Assembly: GCA_016285265.1 (NCBI GenBank)
Contig: JAEEQL010000001.1
Location: 5,003-69,002, forward strand
Direction of reading: 5' to 3'
DNA: 64,000 nt
From: Lachnospiraceae bacterium
GTDB taxonomy: Bacteria; Bacillota; Clostridia; Lachnospirales; Lachnospiraceae
Made by a program: the position numbers and the translations under genes
Shown: positions 48,663 to 57,562 of the stretch, piece by piece
How positions within the stretch are numbered: position 1 is the first letter of the stretch
How the letters are laid out: each line of letters starts with the position of its first letter
The notes under the pieces: model-generated
Databases searched by the model: none
Seen by the model: the letters and a program-made list of their open reading frames with translations, nothing else
What the model was told of the DNA's origin: nothing

Positions 48663-49988
48663 ATGAGCAGCAGACCCATAGTTGCCGTCGTCGGCAGACC
48701 GAATGTCGGAAAATCGACACTTTTCAATGCCCTTGCGGGTGAAAGGATATCCATTGTCAAGGATACCCCCGGAATCACCAGGGACAGGATCTATGCCGAC
48801 GTTTCATGGCTTAATTACAATTTCACGATGATCGATACAGGCGGAATCGAGCCCGAGTCCAAGGATCTCCTTTTGTCATCCATGAGGGACCAGGCTCAGA
48901 TCGCCATTGATACGGCGGATGTCATTCTTTTCGTCACCGATGCCAAGACCGGACTTCAGGATGCCGATTCGGGTGTGTGTTCCATGCTCAGGAAGTCAAG
49001 AAAGCCGGTCATCCTTGTCGTAAACAAGGTGGATTCATTCGAAAAGCAGCAGTCCGATGTTTATGAGTTCTATAATCTCGGAATAGGTGAACCTTATCCC
49101 ATTTCAGCCACCAATATGCTCGGCTTCGGTGAACTTCTCGATAAGGTTGTAAGCTATTTCGACGAAGATACCGAGGCTGCAGAGGATGAGGATACTCCCA
49201 AGGTTGCCGTTATCGGAAAGCCCAATACCGGCAAATCGTCACTTATCAACAAGCTTCTCGGTGAGAACAGACTCATAGTTTCGGATATTGCCGGTACAAC
49301 CCGCGATGCCGTTGATACAAGGGTTCAGTATGGCGATAAGGAATACATCTTCATCGATACCGCAGGACTTCGAAGGAAGAACAAGATCAAGGATGATCTT
49401 GAGCATTATATGATCGTAAGAACCGTCAGTGCGGTCGAAAGAGCGGATATTGCAGTTCTGGTCATCGATGCTACGGAAGGCGTTACCGAACAGGATGCGA
49501 AGATCGCAGGTATTGCTCATGACCGCGGCAAAGCAGTCATCATCGCCGTCAACAAATGGGATGCCGTTAACAAAGACGACAAGACAATCTATAAATTCAC
49601 TGAAAACGTCAGGAATATACTTTCATTCATGCCCTATGCGGAGATAATCTTCATTTCCGCACTTACCGGGCAGAGACTCGGCAAGCTTTTTGAGACCATA
49701 GATATGGTCAGGGAGAGCCAGGACAAGAGAGTCGGAACCGGTGCGCTGAACGAGATACTTGCGGAAGCGGTTGCAATGCAGCAGCCTCCCAATGACAAGG
49801 GTAAGTTCCTCAAGCTGTATTACATTACCCAGGTCTCGAGCAGGCCGCCCACGTTCGTTATATTCGTGAATGACAAGGAACTGGCACATTTCTCATATAT
49901 CAGATACATAGAAAATCAGGTACGTGAGAATTTCGGATTTAAGGGTACGCCTCTCAAATTCATTGTCAGGGAAAGAAAAGGTGAATGA
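48663..49988 (+). CDS. der: Ribosome biogenesis GTPase Der/EngA
   Basis: Two G domains (GRPNVGKS, GKPNTGKS; DTGG, DTAG), KH-like C-terminus. Confidence 0.98.
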   Translation: MSSRPIVAVVGRPNVGKSTLFNALAGERISIVKDTPGITRDRIYADVSWLNYNFTMIDTGGIEPESKDLLLSSMRDQAQIAIDTADVILFVTDAKTGLQDADSGVCSMLRKSRKPVILVVNKVDSFEKQQSDVYEFYNLGIGEPYPISATNMLGFGELLDKVVSYFDEDTEAAEDEDTPKVAVIGKPNTGKSSLINKLLGENRLIVSDIAGTTRDAVDTRVQYGDKEYIFIDTAGLRRKNKIKDDLEHYMIVRTVSAVERADIAVLVIDATEGVTEQDAKIAGIAHDRGKAVIIAVNKWDAVNKDDKTIYKFTENVRNILSFMPYAEIIFISALTGQRLGKLFETIDMVRESQDKRVGTGALNEILAEAVAMQQPPNDKGKFLKLYYITQVSSRPPTFVIFVNDKELAHFSYIRYIENQVRENFGFKGTPLKFIVRERKGE

Positions 49989-49989
49989 T

Positions 49990-50649
49990 ATGGCTCGTTT
50001 ATGGTGCTTTCTCATTGGATACGCACTGGGACTCATCCAGACGGCATACATAGTCGGTAAATGCAAAGGCGTTGATATCAGGAATTACGGAAGCGGTAAT
50101 TCCGGTACCACCAACGCACTCAGGGTCCTGGGCACCAAGGCAGGACTTATTGTGTTTGCCGGAGATATGCTCAAGGCCATCATCACCACGCTCATAATCA
50201 GATTTACTTTCGCACAGATGTATCCCGATCTCAGATTCCTGCTTATTCTCTACGGCGGAGCGGGATGCATTCTCGCCCACGATTTTCCTTTCTATATGCA
50301 TTTCAAAGGAGGAAAGGGTATTGCGGCTACAGGCGGAATGATCCTTGCTTTTCACGGATCCTTCTTTTTCCCGGGACTCGCATATTTTTTCGTTCCGTAC
50401 CTTCTCACTCATTTTGTAAGTCTCGGATCCCTCATTCTTTATGCGGGATTCTTCATACAGCTTGTTGTAACCTGTCAGCTCAACCTTTTCGGTATATATG
50501 ACGGAATTCCGCAGGCTGTTAAAACAGAGATGTATGTCATAGCACTTTTCCTGATGATCCTTGCTTACTGGCAGCACAGATCCAACATAGTCAGGCTGAT
50601 CAAGGGAGAAGAGAGAAAAACCTATCTTAGGAAAAAGAATGAAGTATAA
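49990..50649 (+). CDS. plsY: Glycerol-3-phosphate acyltransferase PlsY
   Basis: DIRNYGSGNSGTTNALR, DMLKA, AHDFP..FKGGKG.A, HRSNI.RL..GEE. Confidence 0.96.
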   Translation: MARLWCFLIGYALGLIQTAYIVGKCKGVDIRNYGSGNSGTTNALRVLGTKAGLIVFAGDMLKAIITTLIIRFTFAQMYPDLRFLLILYGGAGCILAHDFPFYMHFKGGKGIAATGGMILAFHGSFFFPGLAYFFVPYLLTHFVSLGSLILYAGFFIQLVVTCQLNLFGIYDGIPQAVKTEMYVIALFLMILAYWQHRSNIVRLIKGEERKTYLRKKNEV

Positions 50650-50670
50650 CGTTCCCGAAAGGAGTCAGAT

Positions 50671-51675
50671 ATGGCAAAGGTAACAGTTCTCGGCGGAGGT
50701 ACATGGGGTATAGGACTTACCATCCTTCTTGCAAATGCAGGACATGATGTAATTGTATGGTCGGCAGTCGAATCCGAGATTGAAATGCTTTCCACCACTC
50801 ATGCACACAAGATGCTTCCCGGGGCAACGATCCCCGAAAGCGTCAGATATACCCTTGATGACAGGGAAGCGGTAACTGACAGGGATATCCTTGTCATGGC
50901 CGTCGCTTCTTCCTTTACCAGAAAGACCGCAAGGAGGCTTGCTCCTCAGATCAAAGACGGACAGATCATTGTTGACGTTGCAAAGGGTATTGAGGAAGGA
51001 ACTCTCAAGACACTTTCCGAGCAGATAAGCGATGAGATACCGAATGCTGACGTGTGTGTTCTTTCCGGTCCCACACATGCCGAGGAGGTTTCCAGACTTA
51101 TGCCCACAACGATCGTAGTGGCTTCCCATAACAAGGAAACCGCACATTTTGTACAGGACGTATTTATGACGGAGACCTTCAGGGTTTATACAAGCTCGGA
51201 TGTAAAGGGCGTTGAACTTGGAGGATCACTCAAGAATGTTGTAGCTCTTGCGGCAGGTATTGCGGACGGACTCGGCTACGGAGATAACGCAAAGGCGGCT
51301 CTTATCACCAGAGGAATTGCGGAGATCTCAAGGCTCGGAGTCAAGATGGGCTGCAGACCCGAGACATTCAGCGGACTTACCGGAATGGGTGACCTTATAG
51401 TAACCTGTGCCAGCATGCATTCCCGCAACAGAAGATGCGGAATACTTCTCGGTGAAGGCAAGAGTCTTAAGGAGGCACAGGAAGAAGTGGGAATGGTTGT
51501 CGAAGGAATATATTCCGCAAAAGCTGCCATCGAACTCGGAAGGAAATATGAAGTAAGTCTTCCCATCATAGAACAGGTCAATCTGATCCTCTTCGAAGGA
51601 AAGGATGCCGGAGAAGCGGTCAAAGAACTTATGCTCAGGGAAAAGAAGGATGAAGTATCCGATACTCAGTGGTGA
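50671..51675 (+). CDS. gpsA: NAD(P)H-dependent glycerol-3-phosphate dehydrogenase
   Basis: GGGTWG, AKGIE, LSGPTHAEE, GGSLKNV, GMGDLIVTC.S.HSRNRR. Confidence 0.97.
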   Translation: MAKVTVLGGGTWGIGLTILLANAGHDVIVWSAVESEIEMLSTTHAHKMLPGATIPESVRYTLDDREAVTDRDILVMAVASSFTRKTARRLAPQIKDGQIIVDVAKGIEEGTLKTLSEQISDEIPNADVCVLSGPTHAEEVSRLMPTTIVVASHNKETAHFVQDVFMTETFRVYTSSDVKGVELGGSLKNVVALAAGIADGLGYGDNAKAALITRGIAEISRLGVKMGCRPETFSGLTGMGDLIVTCASMHSRNRRCGILLGEGKSLKEAQEEVGMVVEGIYSAKAAIELGRKYEVSLPIIEQVNLILFEGKDAGEAVKELMLREKKDEVSDTQW

Positions 51676-53113
51676 TGCCTCTTTTCAAATCTTAATATTT
51701 TCCTCTGTTTTGATAATCGCGGTGCTGTTTCTGACAGCATCCGGTACTTTTTACATCAAAATGAGGAAAAAATACTTCCTTGAGAACATAAGATTAAATG
51801 AAAAGATCAGACAGATCGGTGATGACAGAAATATCCTGTTGAGCAATCTGACCCGTGAAGTTAAAAGCGGGATGATCCGCGTGCTCGGAATGAATGAGCT
51901 GATCATTCGCGAAAGTCATGACGACATTATCAGGGATCATGCGTATCACATCAAAACATCCGGAGAGGATGTGATAGCCCTTATGCAGGGAACACTCGAT
52001 TACACGAAGCTTGAACGGGGACTGATCGAAGTTCACAGGGAAGACATCGATCTTGCCTCTCTGCTTATAGATGTCATAAGCATTTCCGGACCTTCGCTTC
52101 GAAACAAGGGCATTATCCTTGATCTGTTACTGGATAAAGATACTCCGAGCATCATAAGGGGAGATTACGAGAAAACCAGGCGCAGTCTGATCAATCTGTT
52201 TTCTTTTATCAGCAAGAATTCCACCAAAGGTTATGTTAAGTTTTCGTCCATACACAAAGAGACCGGAGACGGAGAGTGTGAGATCACTTTCAGGATAATT
52301 TGCGAGTCTCTTGTTTCCGATGCTTCCAATCTCGAGAACCTTCTTTTGAACGGCCTTTCCGATAATAAGCTTCTGTTTTCCAAGAAAGAAACCGGTCTGC
52401 TGGAATTCTTTATTGCCGGTAATGTCATCAAAGCCATCGGAGGAGATTTCAAGGTTTTTGAGACCGTTGACGAAGAGCTGGCATTCGACCTTACTGTCAA
52501 TACGGAGATCGTGGATTCAACCGGAATAGGTGACATCAAAAAGGTTGTAAGGAAAAAATCCTTCATCGACAGTGTTGAATCAGTGAGGTTTTATTCTCCT
52601 TCTTCCAGGATCCTTTATGCGGAAAAGGACCGCAGCAGCATTTCCGTGATCAAGACTCTTCTTGAGCCTTCCGGAGTATCCATTGACGTTGCATCGGACT
52701 GTGAGGAAGCACTTACACTGATAAGGATCAATGAGTATGATGTCATCTTTGCCGATCTCGATATGAAGGATGACAAGGGCATCAAGCTGATAAAGCATAT
52801 AAGAAGCGGTGAGCCCAATATACTCGATGTGAGAAAACCATGCATTGCCATAGTGGATGAATCGGATACGATCACCGAAGAAGACATTGGAAGAGGCGGA
52901 TTTACAGATTCCGTTTCCAAGCCTGTCAATCCCGCAACCTTTGAGGATATGATCATAAAATATCTTCCTTCCGACAAGATCGATATCAATGATGAATCGT
53001 ATTTTTGTCCCGGTATCAGATCCGAACATGATATCAGGAAGTATTCCGAAGGCTATGACGATCTTTACAAGTCGGCATTGGGAATTTACAAGAGAGCCAG
53101 GAATTACAGGTAA
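51650..53113 (+). CDS. Degenerate hybrid histidine kinase (TM - HisKA without His - eroded HATPase - REC)
   Basis: H-box position reads LLSNLTREVKSG..VLGMNELIIRES; N/G boxes eroded; REC FADLDM..VSKPV. Confidence 0.8.
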   Translation: MKYPILSGDASFQILIFSSVLIIAVLFLTASGTFYIKMRKKYFLENIRLNEKIRQIGDDRNILLSNLTREVKSGMIRVLGMNELIIRESHDDIIRDHAYHIKTSGEDVIALMQGTLDYTKLERGLIEVHREDIDLASLLIDVISISGPSLRNKGIILDLLLDKDTPSIIRGDYEKTRRSLINLFSFISKNSTKGYVKFSSIHKETGDGECEITFRIICESLVSDASNLENLLLNGLSDNKLLFSKKETGLLEFFIAGNVIKAIGGDFKVFETVDEELAFDLTVNTEIVDSTGIGDIKKVVRKKSFIDSVESVRFYSPSSRILYAEKDRSSISVIKTLLEPSGVSIDVASDCEEALTLIRINEYDVIFADLDMKDDKGIKLIKHIRSGEPNILDVRKPCIAIVDESDTITEEDIGRGGFTDSVSKPVNPATFEDMIIKYLPSDKIDINDESYFCPGIRSEHDIRKYSEGYDDLYKSALGIYKRARNYR

Positions 53114-53125
53114 GGTAAAGATAAG

Positions 53126-55792
53126 TTGATCTTCAATGAGAGCTACAATATATACTTTGAACTTTCGGTATTGCCCATTGAGCTGATACTGCTTATTTTT
53201 GTGTACGGCAATTACAAGGATGACCGTGACACCAAGGCTACGAATTACAGGTTCAAGATATATGCCCTTCTTACAACGGTGGGAACACTTTTAGACATTG
53301 TCACCGGCATAACCTTTATGTGGGGTGATACGCTCCCCGCATGGTTCCATATTGTTTTCCTTTCGCTCAATTTCCTGATGGGACTCAGCAGTTCCATGGG
53401 ATTCTATTTGTACATGGTCGCTTTTTCGGGTCTTACCAAAAACGAACATGTGCTGAACATGATCGCTTATGCGATCAATTCTGTCTATGTGATCATATTG
53501 ATCATAAACTATTTCACCGGCATCGCTTTTACGTACGTACCGGGTATCGGTCTTGTCAGAAATGTTCTGTACGAAACGGTCGGTTATCTGTTCCCGCTTT
53601 ATTATATTGCCCTCGGAGTATCTCTTTCCTTTTTCAGGAAAAAGAGATTCACAAAGGTTCAGAGGACATTTCTTTCCAGCGGATTTCTGATAGTTCTCGT
53701 GATTTTCATAGTTCAGGTCAAGCTCGAGGAAAGAGCGCAGATGGCATATTTTGTCGGAGGCATCTGTCTCCTTATGCTGTTCCTTACTCTGGAAACTCCC
53801 GAATATACCGAACTGGTCAATACGCTGGATGAACTTGACCGTGTCAGAATGGACGAAAAAAGGGCGCTCGAAAGGATCAAAAGATCCGATGAAGCAAAGA
53901 GCGCATTCCTTTCCCATCTTTCACATGAGATCAAAACTCCCATTAACGCGATAATGGGTTATACCGAAGAGATCCTTAAAGCCAATGTTTCCGATGATGT
54001 TAAGGAAAATGCGGCAAGTGCATTCAAGGGGGCAAGAAGGCTCGATCAGTTCTTCACGGATATAGTCGATAACATGTCCGATATCAGCGAGTACGGGAGC
54101 AGTGCGCTGATCTCCCTCGAAGATATAGAAAAAGAGCTTTATCTGAATGTCGGTTTCGATATCGAAGAAAAGAAGAATTCGAAAGATTTCGTATCCAAAT
54201 CCGGCTTTGAAGGCCTTGCATTATCCGATACAGGTTCATATCCCGATTCCTCGATGTACAGGATACTCTGTGTTGACGATAATGAACTGAACATGGAGCT
54301 TTTGGTGCGTACCGTTAAACAGTTCGGTTTTACCGTTGAAGGAGCTGCAGACGGCAAGACCGCCATCGAGATGGTCTCCAAAAATGATTACGATCTTATC
54401 CTGATGGATCATATGATGCCAGTCATGGACGGCGTTGAGGCAATGCATTATATCAGGGATAATTCCCTTTGCGACCTGACACCGATAATCGTTGTAACGG
54501 CAAATGCGGTCAGGGGCGAAAAGGAAAAATATATTTCTGAAGGCTTTGATTCATTCCTTCCCAAACCATTCACAGGCGGATCCCTTCTCAGGGCAGTGGG
54601 TAAATTCCTTCCTCTTGCCACGATGGATACGCTTATCAAGGCGGGTAGCAGATCGGGTATTTCGGGATTCATGCTTGCTTCCACATTTTCAAGACCTCTT
54701 ATCGCACCGGGTACCAAGATCCTCATCGCTGGCCGGGACAGGGAAAGTATTAACAGATTTTCAAGACTTTTCCTTACCACCATGGCAAGGATAGATGTCG
54801 TATACGGTTGTGACGAATGTATCGAAAGACTTTCAGGCGGCGATTACGATATCGTATTTGTTGAAGACGGTCTGCGTTCTGATGATAACCGTTCCATCAA
54901 GACATATATCTGGAACAGCGTGGACATACCTGTAATTCTTATTACCGGGAAGAATACTGTTATCGACCCTGCGGTCATCTACGACACTTATACCGATTAC
55001 CTCAGTATCGATGATGATTCCGATATCATCGACGCGATGCTTCTTCTGTATCTTCCCAAGGATAAGGTCAGCGTTGTCGGTACAGGTGAGGATAAGAAGA
55101 AATTATCACTCGATATCACATCATCCTATGATCTGGCTGACGGTACCGAAAAGGTTAAAACACATACCCAGGTCAAGGAAGAAAGCTTTAAGCCGGAACG
55201 GACCGGGGAAGCGGATATGTTTATCGGCATTAAAGGCCTCGATGTGGAACAGGGAATCTATAACTGCGGTTCCGAGGAAGGCCTCAAAAAGGCCGCAGAG
55301 ATCTTTGTAAGCACGGCTGATGCCAAGGCAGATGAGATCAGTGAACTTTATACCACGGGAGATATTGACGGATATACGATCAGAGTCCATGCTTTAAAGA
55401 GTTCCGCACGGATAATCGGTGCAACCGAGCTTTCGGAACTTGCAAGAGCTTTGGAAGCCGCGGGCAAGGATCATAACACTGATTTCATAAATGACAAGAC
55501 AGAAGACCTGCTTAAGGAATACAGAACATTAAAACAGCTTCTTTCGGAGAGAATGTCCCCGTCCGAACAGGTTGATAAGATTCCCGCAACACCGGATGTT
55601 ACGGTCGATGCTTACAGGACCATTTATGAACTGGCACTTATGATGGATTATGACAGCATAGAGATCATCTTCGAATCACTTCGCAAGTATGAATTCGAAA
55701 AAGCCGATGCGGACAGACTTGATAAGATAAAAAGATCCATGGAAGCGCTTGACTGGGATGCCGTTCTCAGCAGCGCAAAGGAGGCATTATGA
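53126..55792 (+). CDS. Multi-TM sensor with HisKA, two REC and Hpt domains but no HATPase
   Basis: About 7 TMs; FLSHLSHEIKTPINAIMG; REC1 VDDN..LMDHMMP..KPF; REC2 degenerate; Hpt VHALKSSARIIGA. Confidence 0.85.
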   Translation: MIFNESYNIYFELSVLPIELILLIFVYGNYKDDRDTKATNYRFKIYALLTTVGTLLDIVTGITFMWGDTLPAWFHIVFLSLNFLMGLSSSMGFYLYMVAFSGLTKNEHVLNMIAYAINSVYVIILIINYFTGIAFTYVPGIGLVRNVLYETVGYLFPLYYIALGVSLSFFRKKRFTKVQRTFLSSGFLIVLVIFIVQVKLEERAQMAYFVGGICLLMLFLTLETPEYTELVNTLDELDRVRMDEKRALERIKRSDEAKSAFLSHLSHEIKTPINAIMGYTEEILKANVSDDVKENAASAFKGARRLDQFFTDIVDNMSDISEYGSSALISLEDIEKELYLNVGFDIEEKKNSKDFVSKSGFEGLALSDTGSYPDSSMYRILCVDDNELNMELLVRTVKQFGFTVEGAADGKTAIEMVSKNDYDLILMDHMMPVMDGVEAMHYIRDNSLCDLTPIIVVTANAVRGEKEKYISEGFDSFLPKPFTGGSLLRAVGKFLPLATMDTLIKAGSRSGISGFMLASTFSRPLIAPGTKILIAGRDRESINRFSRLFLTTMARIDVVYGCDECIERLSGGDYDIVFVEDGLRSDDNRSIKTYIWNSVDIPVILITGKNTVIDPAVIYDTYTDYLSIDDDSDIIDAMLLLYLPKDKVSVVGTGEDKKKLSLDITSSYDLADGTEKVKTHTQVKEESFKPERTGEADMFIGIKGLDVEQGIYNCGSEEGLKKAAEIFVSTADAKADEISELYTTGDIDGYTIRVHALKSSARIIGATELSELARALEAAGKDHNTDFINDKTEDLLKEYRTLKQLLSERMSPSEQVDKIPATPDVTVDAYRTIYELALMMDYDSIEIIFESLRKYEFEKADADRLDKIKRSMEALDWDAVLSSAKEAL

Positions 55793-56544
55793 GTGAATCC
55801 GTTCTTATGGTGAGCAAAATAGACAGCTTTATGGTAAATGCCATCAAGTATAAGCTTGAAGCCGAAGGTTTTCTGTGTTCCTTTTCATCTACCGAGTCGC
55901 CTTACATAAAGAATTCGATAGACGAAAAGAGGATAATCATCCTGTATATGGATGAATCCATTCTTGAAAGACCGGATCTGCTCATTTATCTGAAGGATAA
56001 ATGCAACGACGACGAAAAGAAGCTCATACTGATCGGATCGCCTGCCGATTTTGCGGTCGTTAACGAATACATTTCGGATAACTTCCTTGCCGGTAAACTG
56101 GAAAGACCGATCGATATGCAGGTTCTCATCGCGCTTTTAAGAGGCGTTCAGACGACCGCCCGTGAAGACAGCGATAAAAAGAGCGTATTGATCGTTGATG
56201 ATGACACGACTTATCTTCGAACGGTAAGAGACTGGCTCAAAGATAAGTATAAGGTTTATATGGCCAACTCGGGCATACAGGCACTTACATGGCTTGCGAA
56301 GAATCATGCGGATCTTGTACTTTTAGATTACATGATGCCCGTGGCATCGGGGCCCGAGATCCTCGAGATGATCAGGAGCGAAGAGTTTTCGAGGGATATT
56401 CCGGTAATATTCCTAACGAGCAAGTCGGACAAGGACAGTGTCAGAAATGTAATGAAACTTAATCCTCAGGGATATCTTTTGAAATCGATAAGCAAAGATG
56501 TTCTCAGGACTGAACTTGATAAATTTTTTAACGGAGATATTTAA
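55789..56544 (+). CDS. Tandem-receiver response regulator with no output domain
   Basis: N-terminal degenerate REC; C-terminal REC VLIVDDD..LLDYMMP..FLTS..YLLK. Confidence 0.88.
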   Translation: MSESVLMVSKIDSFMVNAIKYKLEAEGFLCSFSSTESPYIKNSIDEKRIIILYMDESILERPDLLIYLKDKCNDDEKKLILIGSPADFAVVNEYISDNFLAGKLERPIDMQVLIALLRGVQTTAREDSDKKSVLIVDDDTTYLRTVRDWLKDKYKVYMANSGIQALTWLAKNHADLVLLDYMMPVASGPEILEMIRSEEFSRDIPVIFLTSKSDKDSVRNVMKLNPQGYLLKSISKDVLRTELDKFFNGDI

Positions 56545-57357
56545 ATGGAAAAATTTGAAGGAACAAGTGGATACGTTGCAAGCCCGGAGCTTATGGATTC
56601 CGTTAATATTGCGATAGCCCTTAAAAAGCCTCTCCTCATCAAGGGAGAACCCGGAACCGGCAAGACCATGCTTGCACAGTCCGTTGCCGATGCTCTCGGC
56701 AAAAAGCTCATCATCTGGAACATTAAGTCCACTACCAAGGCCCAGGACGGTCTTTATATGTATGACACCATCCAGAGACTCTATGACGGTCAGTTCGGTG
56801 AGGGCGGAGTAGATGATATAGCCCACTATATCAAGCTCGGAAAACTCGGTGAAGCTTTCGAGAGCGAAGATCAGGTTGTTCTTCTTATCGATGAGATAGA
56901 TAAGGCAGACCTTGAATTTCCCAATGACCTTCTCTGGGAACTCGACCAGATGGAATTCTATATAAACGAGACCAAGAGAACCGTAAAGGCTAAGAACAGA
57001 CCCATCGTGATCATCACTTCAAATGCGGAGAAGGAACTTCCCGATGCATTCCTCAGAAGATGCATTTTCCATTATATTGAATTCCCCGGTAAGGAACTCA
57101 TGGAAGAGATCATCAGGGTTCACTTCCCCGATGTCGAGGAGCATCTTCTTGCCGAGGCAATGGATGTTTTCTATCAGATACGTGATATAAGGGATATCCG
57201 CAAAAAACCCTCCACATCAGAGCTCATTGACTGGATCAATGCACTTCAGATAGGCGGAATTCCTTACGGACAGATCAAGACCAGGCTTCCTTTCATCGGA
57301 GTTGTAGTCAAGAAAGATGAAGACCTCGAGCAGACCGCTCATCATAATTTCGAATAA
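56545..57357 (+). CDS. MoxR-family AAA+ ATPase (CoxD-like)
   Basis: Walker A GEPGTGKT, Walker B LLIDEIDKAD, IITSN.EKELPDAFLRRC. Confidence 0.93.
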   Translation: MEKFEGTSGYVASPELMDSVNIAIALKKPLLIKGEPGTGKTMLAQSVADALGKKLIIWNIKSTTKAQDGLYMYDTIQRLYDGQFGEGGVDDIAHYIKLGKLGEAFESEDQVVLLIDEIDKADLEFPNDLLWELDQMEFYINETKRTVKAKNRPIVIITSNAEKELPDAFLRRCIFHYIEFPGKELMEEIIRVHFPDVEEHLLAEAMDVFYQIRDIRDIRKKPSTSELIDWINALQIGGIPYGQIKTRLPFIGVVVKKDEDLEQTAHHNFE

Positions 57358-57378
57358 ATAATTTATAGAAGTAAATTT

Positions 57379-57548
57379 GCGGGTGACGCGAAATGTATGA
57401 GGATTCGAGCTTCGGCGTCTGCGTTAGAAACGGACGCCTGGCCTGAACGAAGTGAATGGCCTGCGGCATGAGCTGAAATATTCGTCGAATAAGTTTCGCG
57501 CTTTACGCCGAAAAAAGCGAGAAGACTCATACATTCCGTGTCAATCGC
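57379..57548 (+). repeat. Dispersed ~170-bp structured repeat, copy 2
   Basis: Homologous to 10980-11148 in the same orientation; terminal inverted repeat preserved. Confidence 0.9.
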
Positions 57549-57562
57549 GGAGTAGTTTAAAA

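Noticed and set aside
57452-57562. N-terminal extension of the VWA ORF in the ORF track
   Set aside because: It translates the repeat element; the real start is probably ATG 57563 with its own SD
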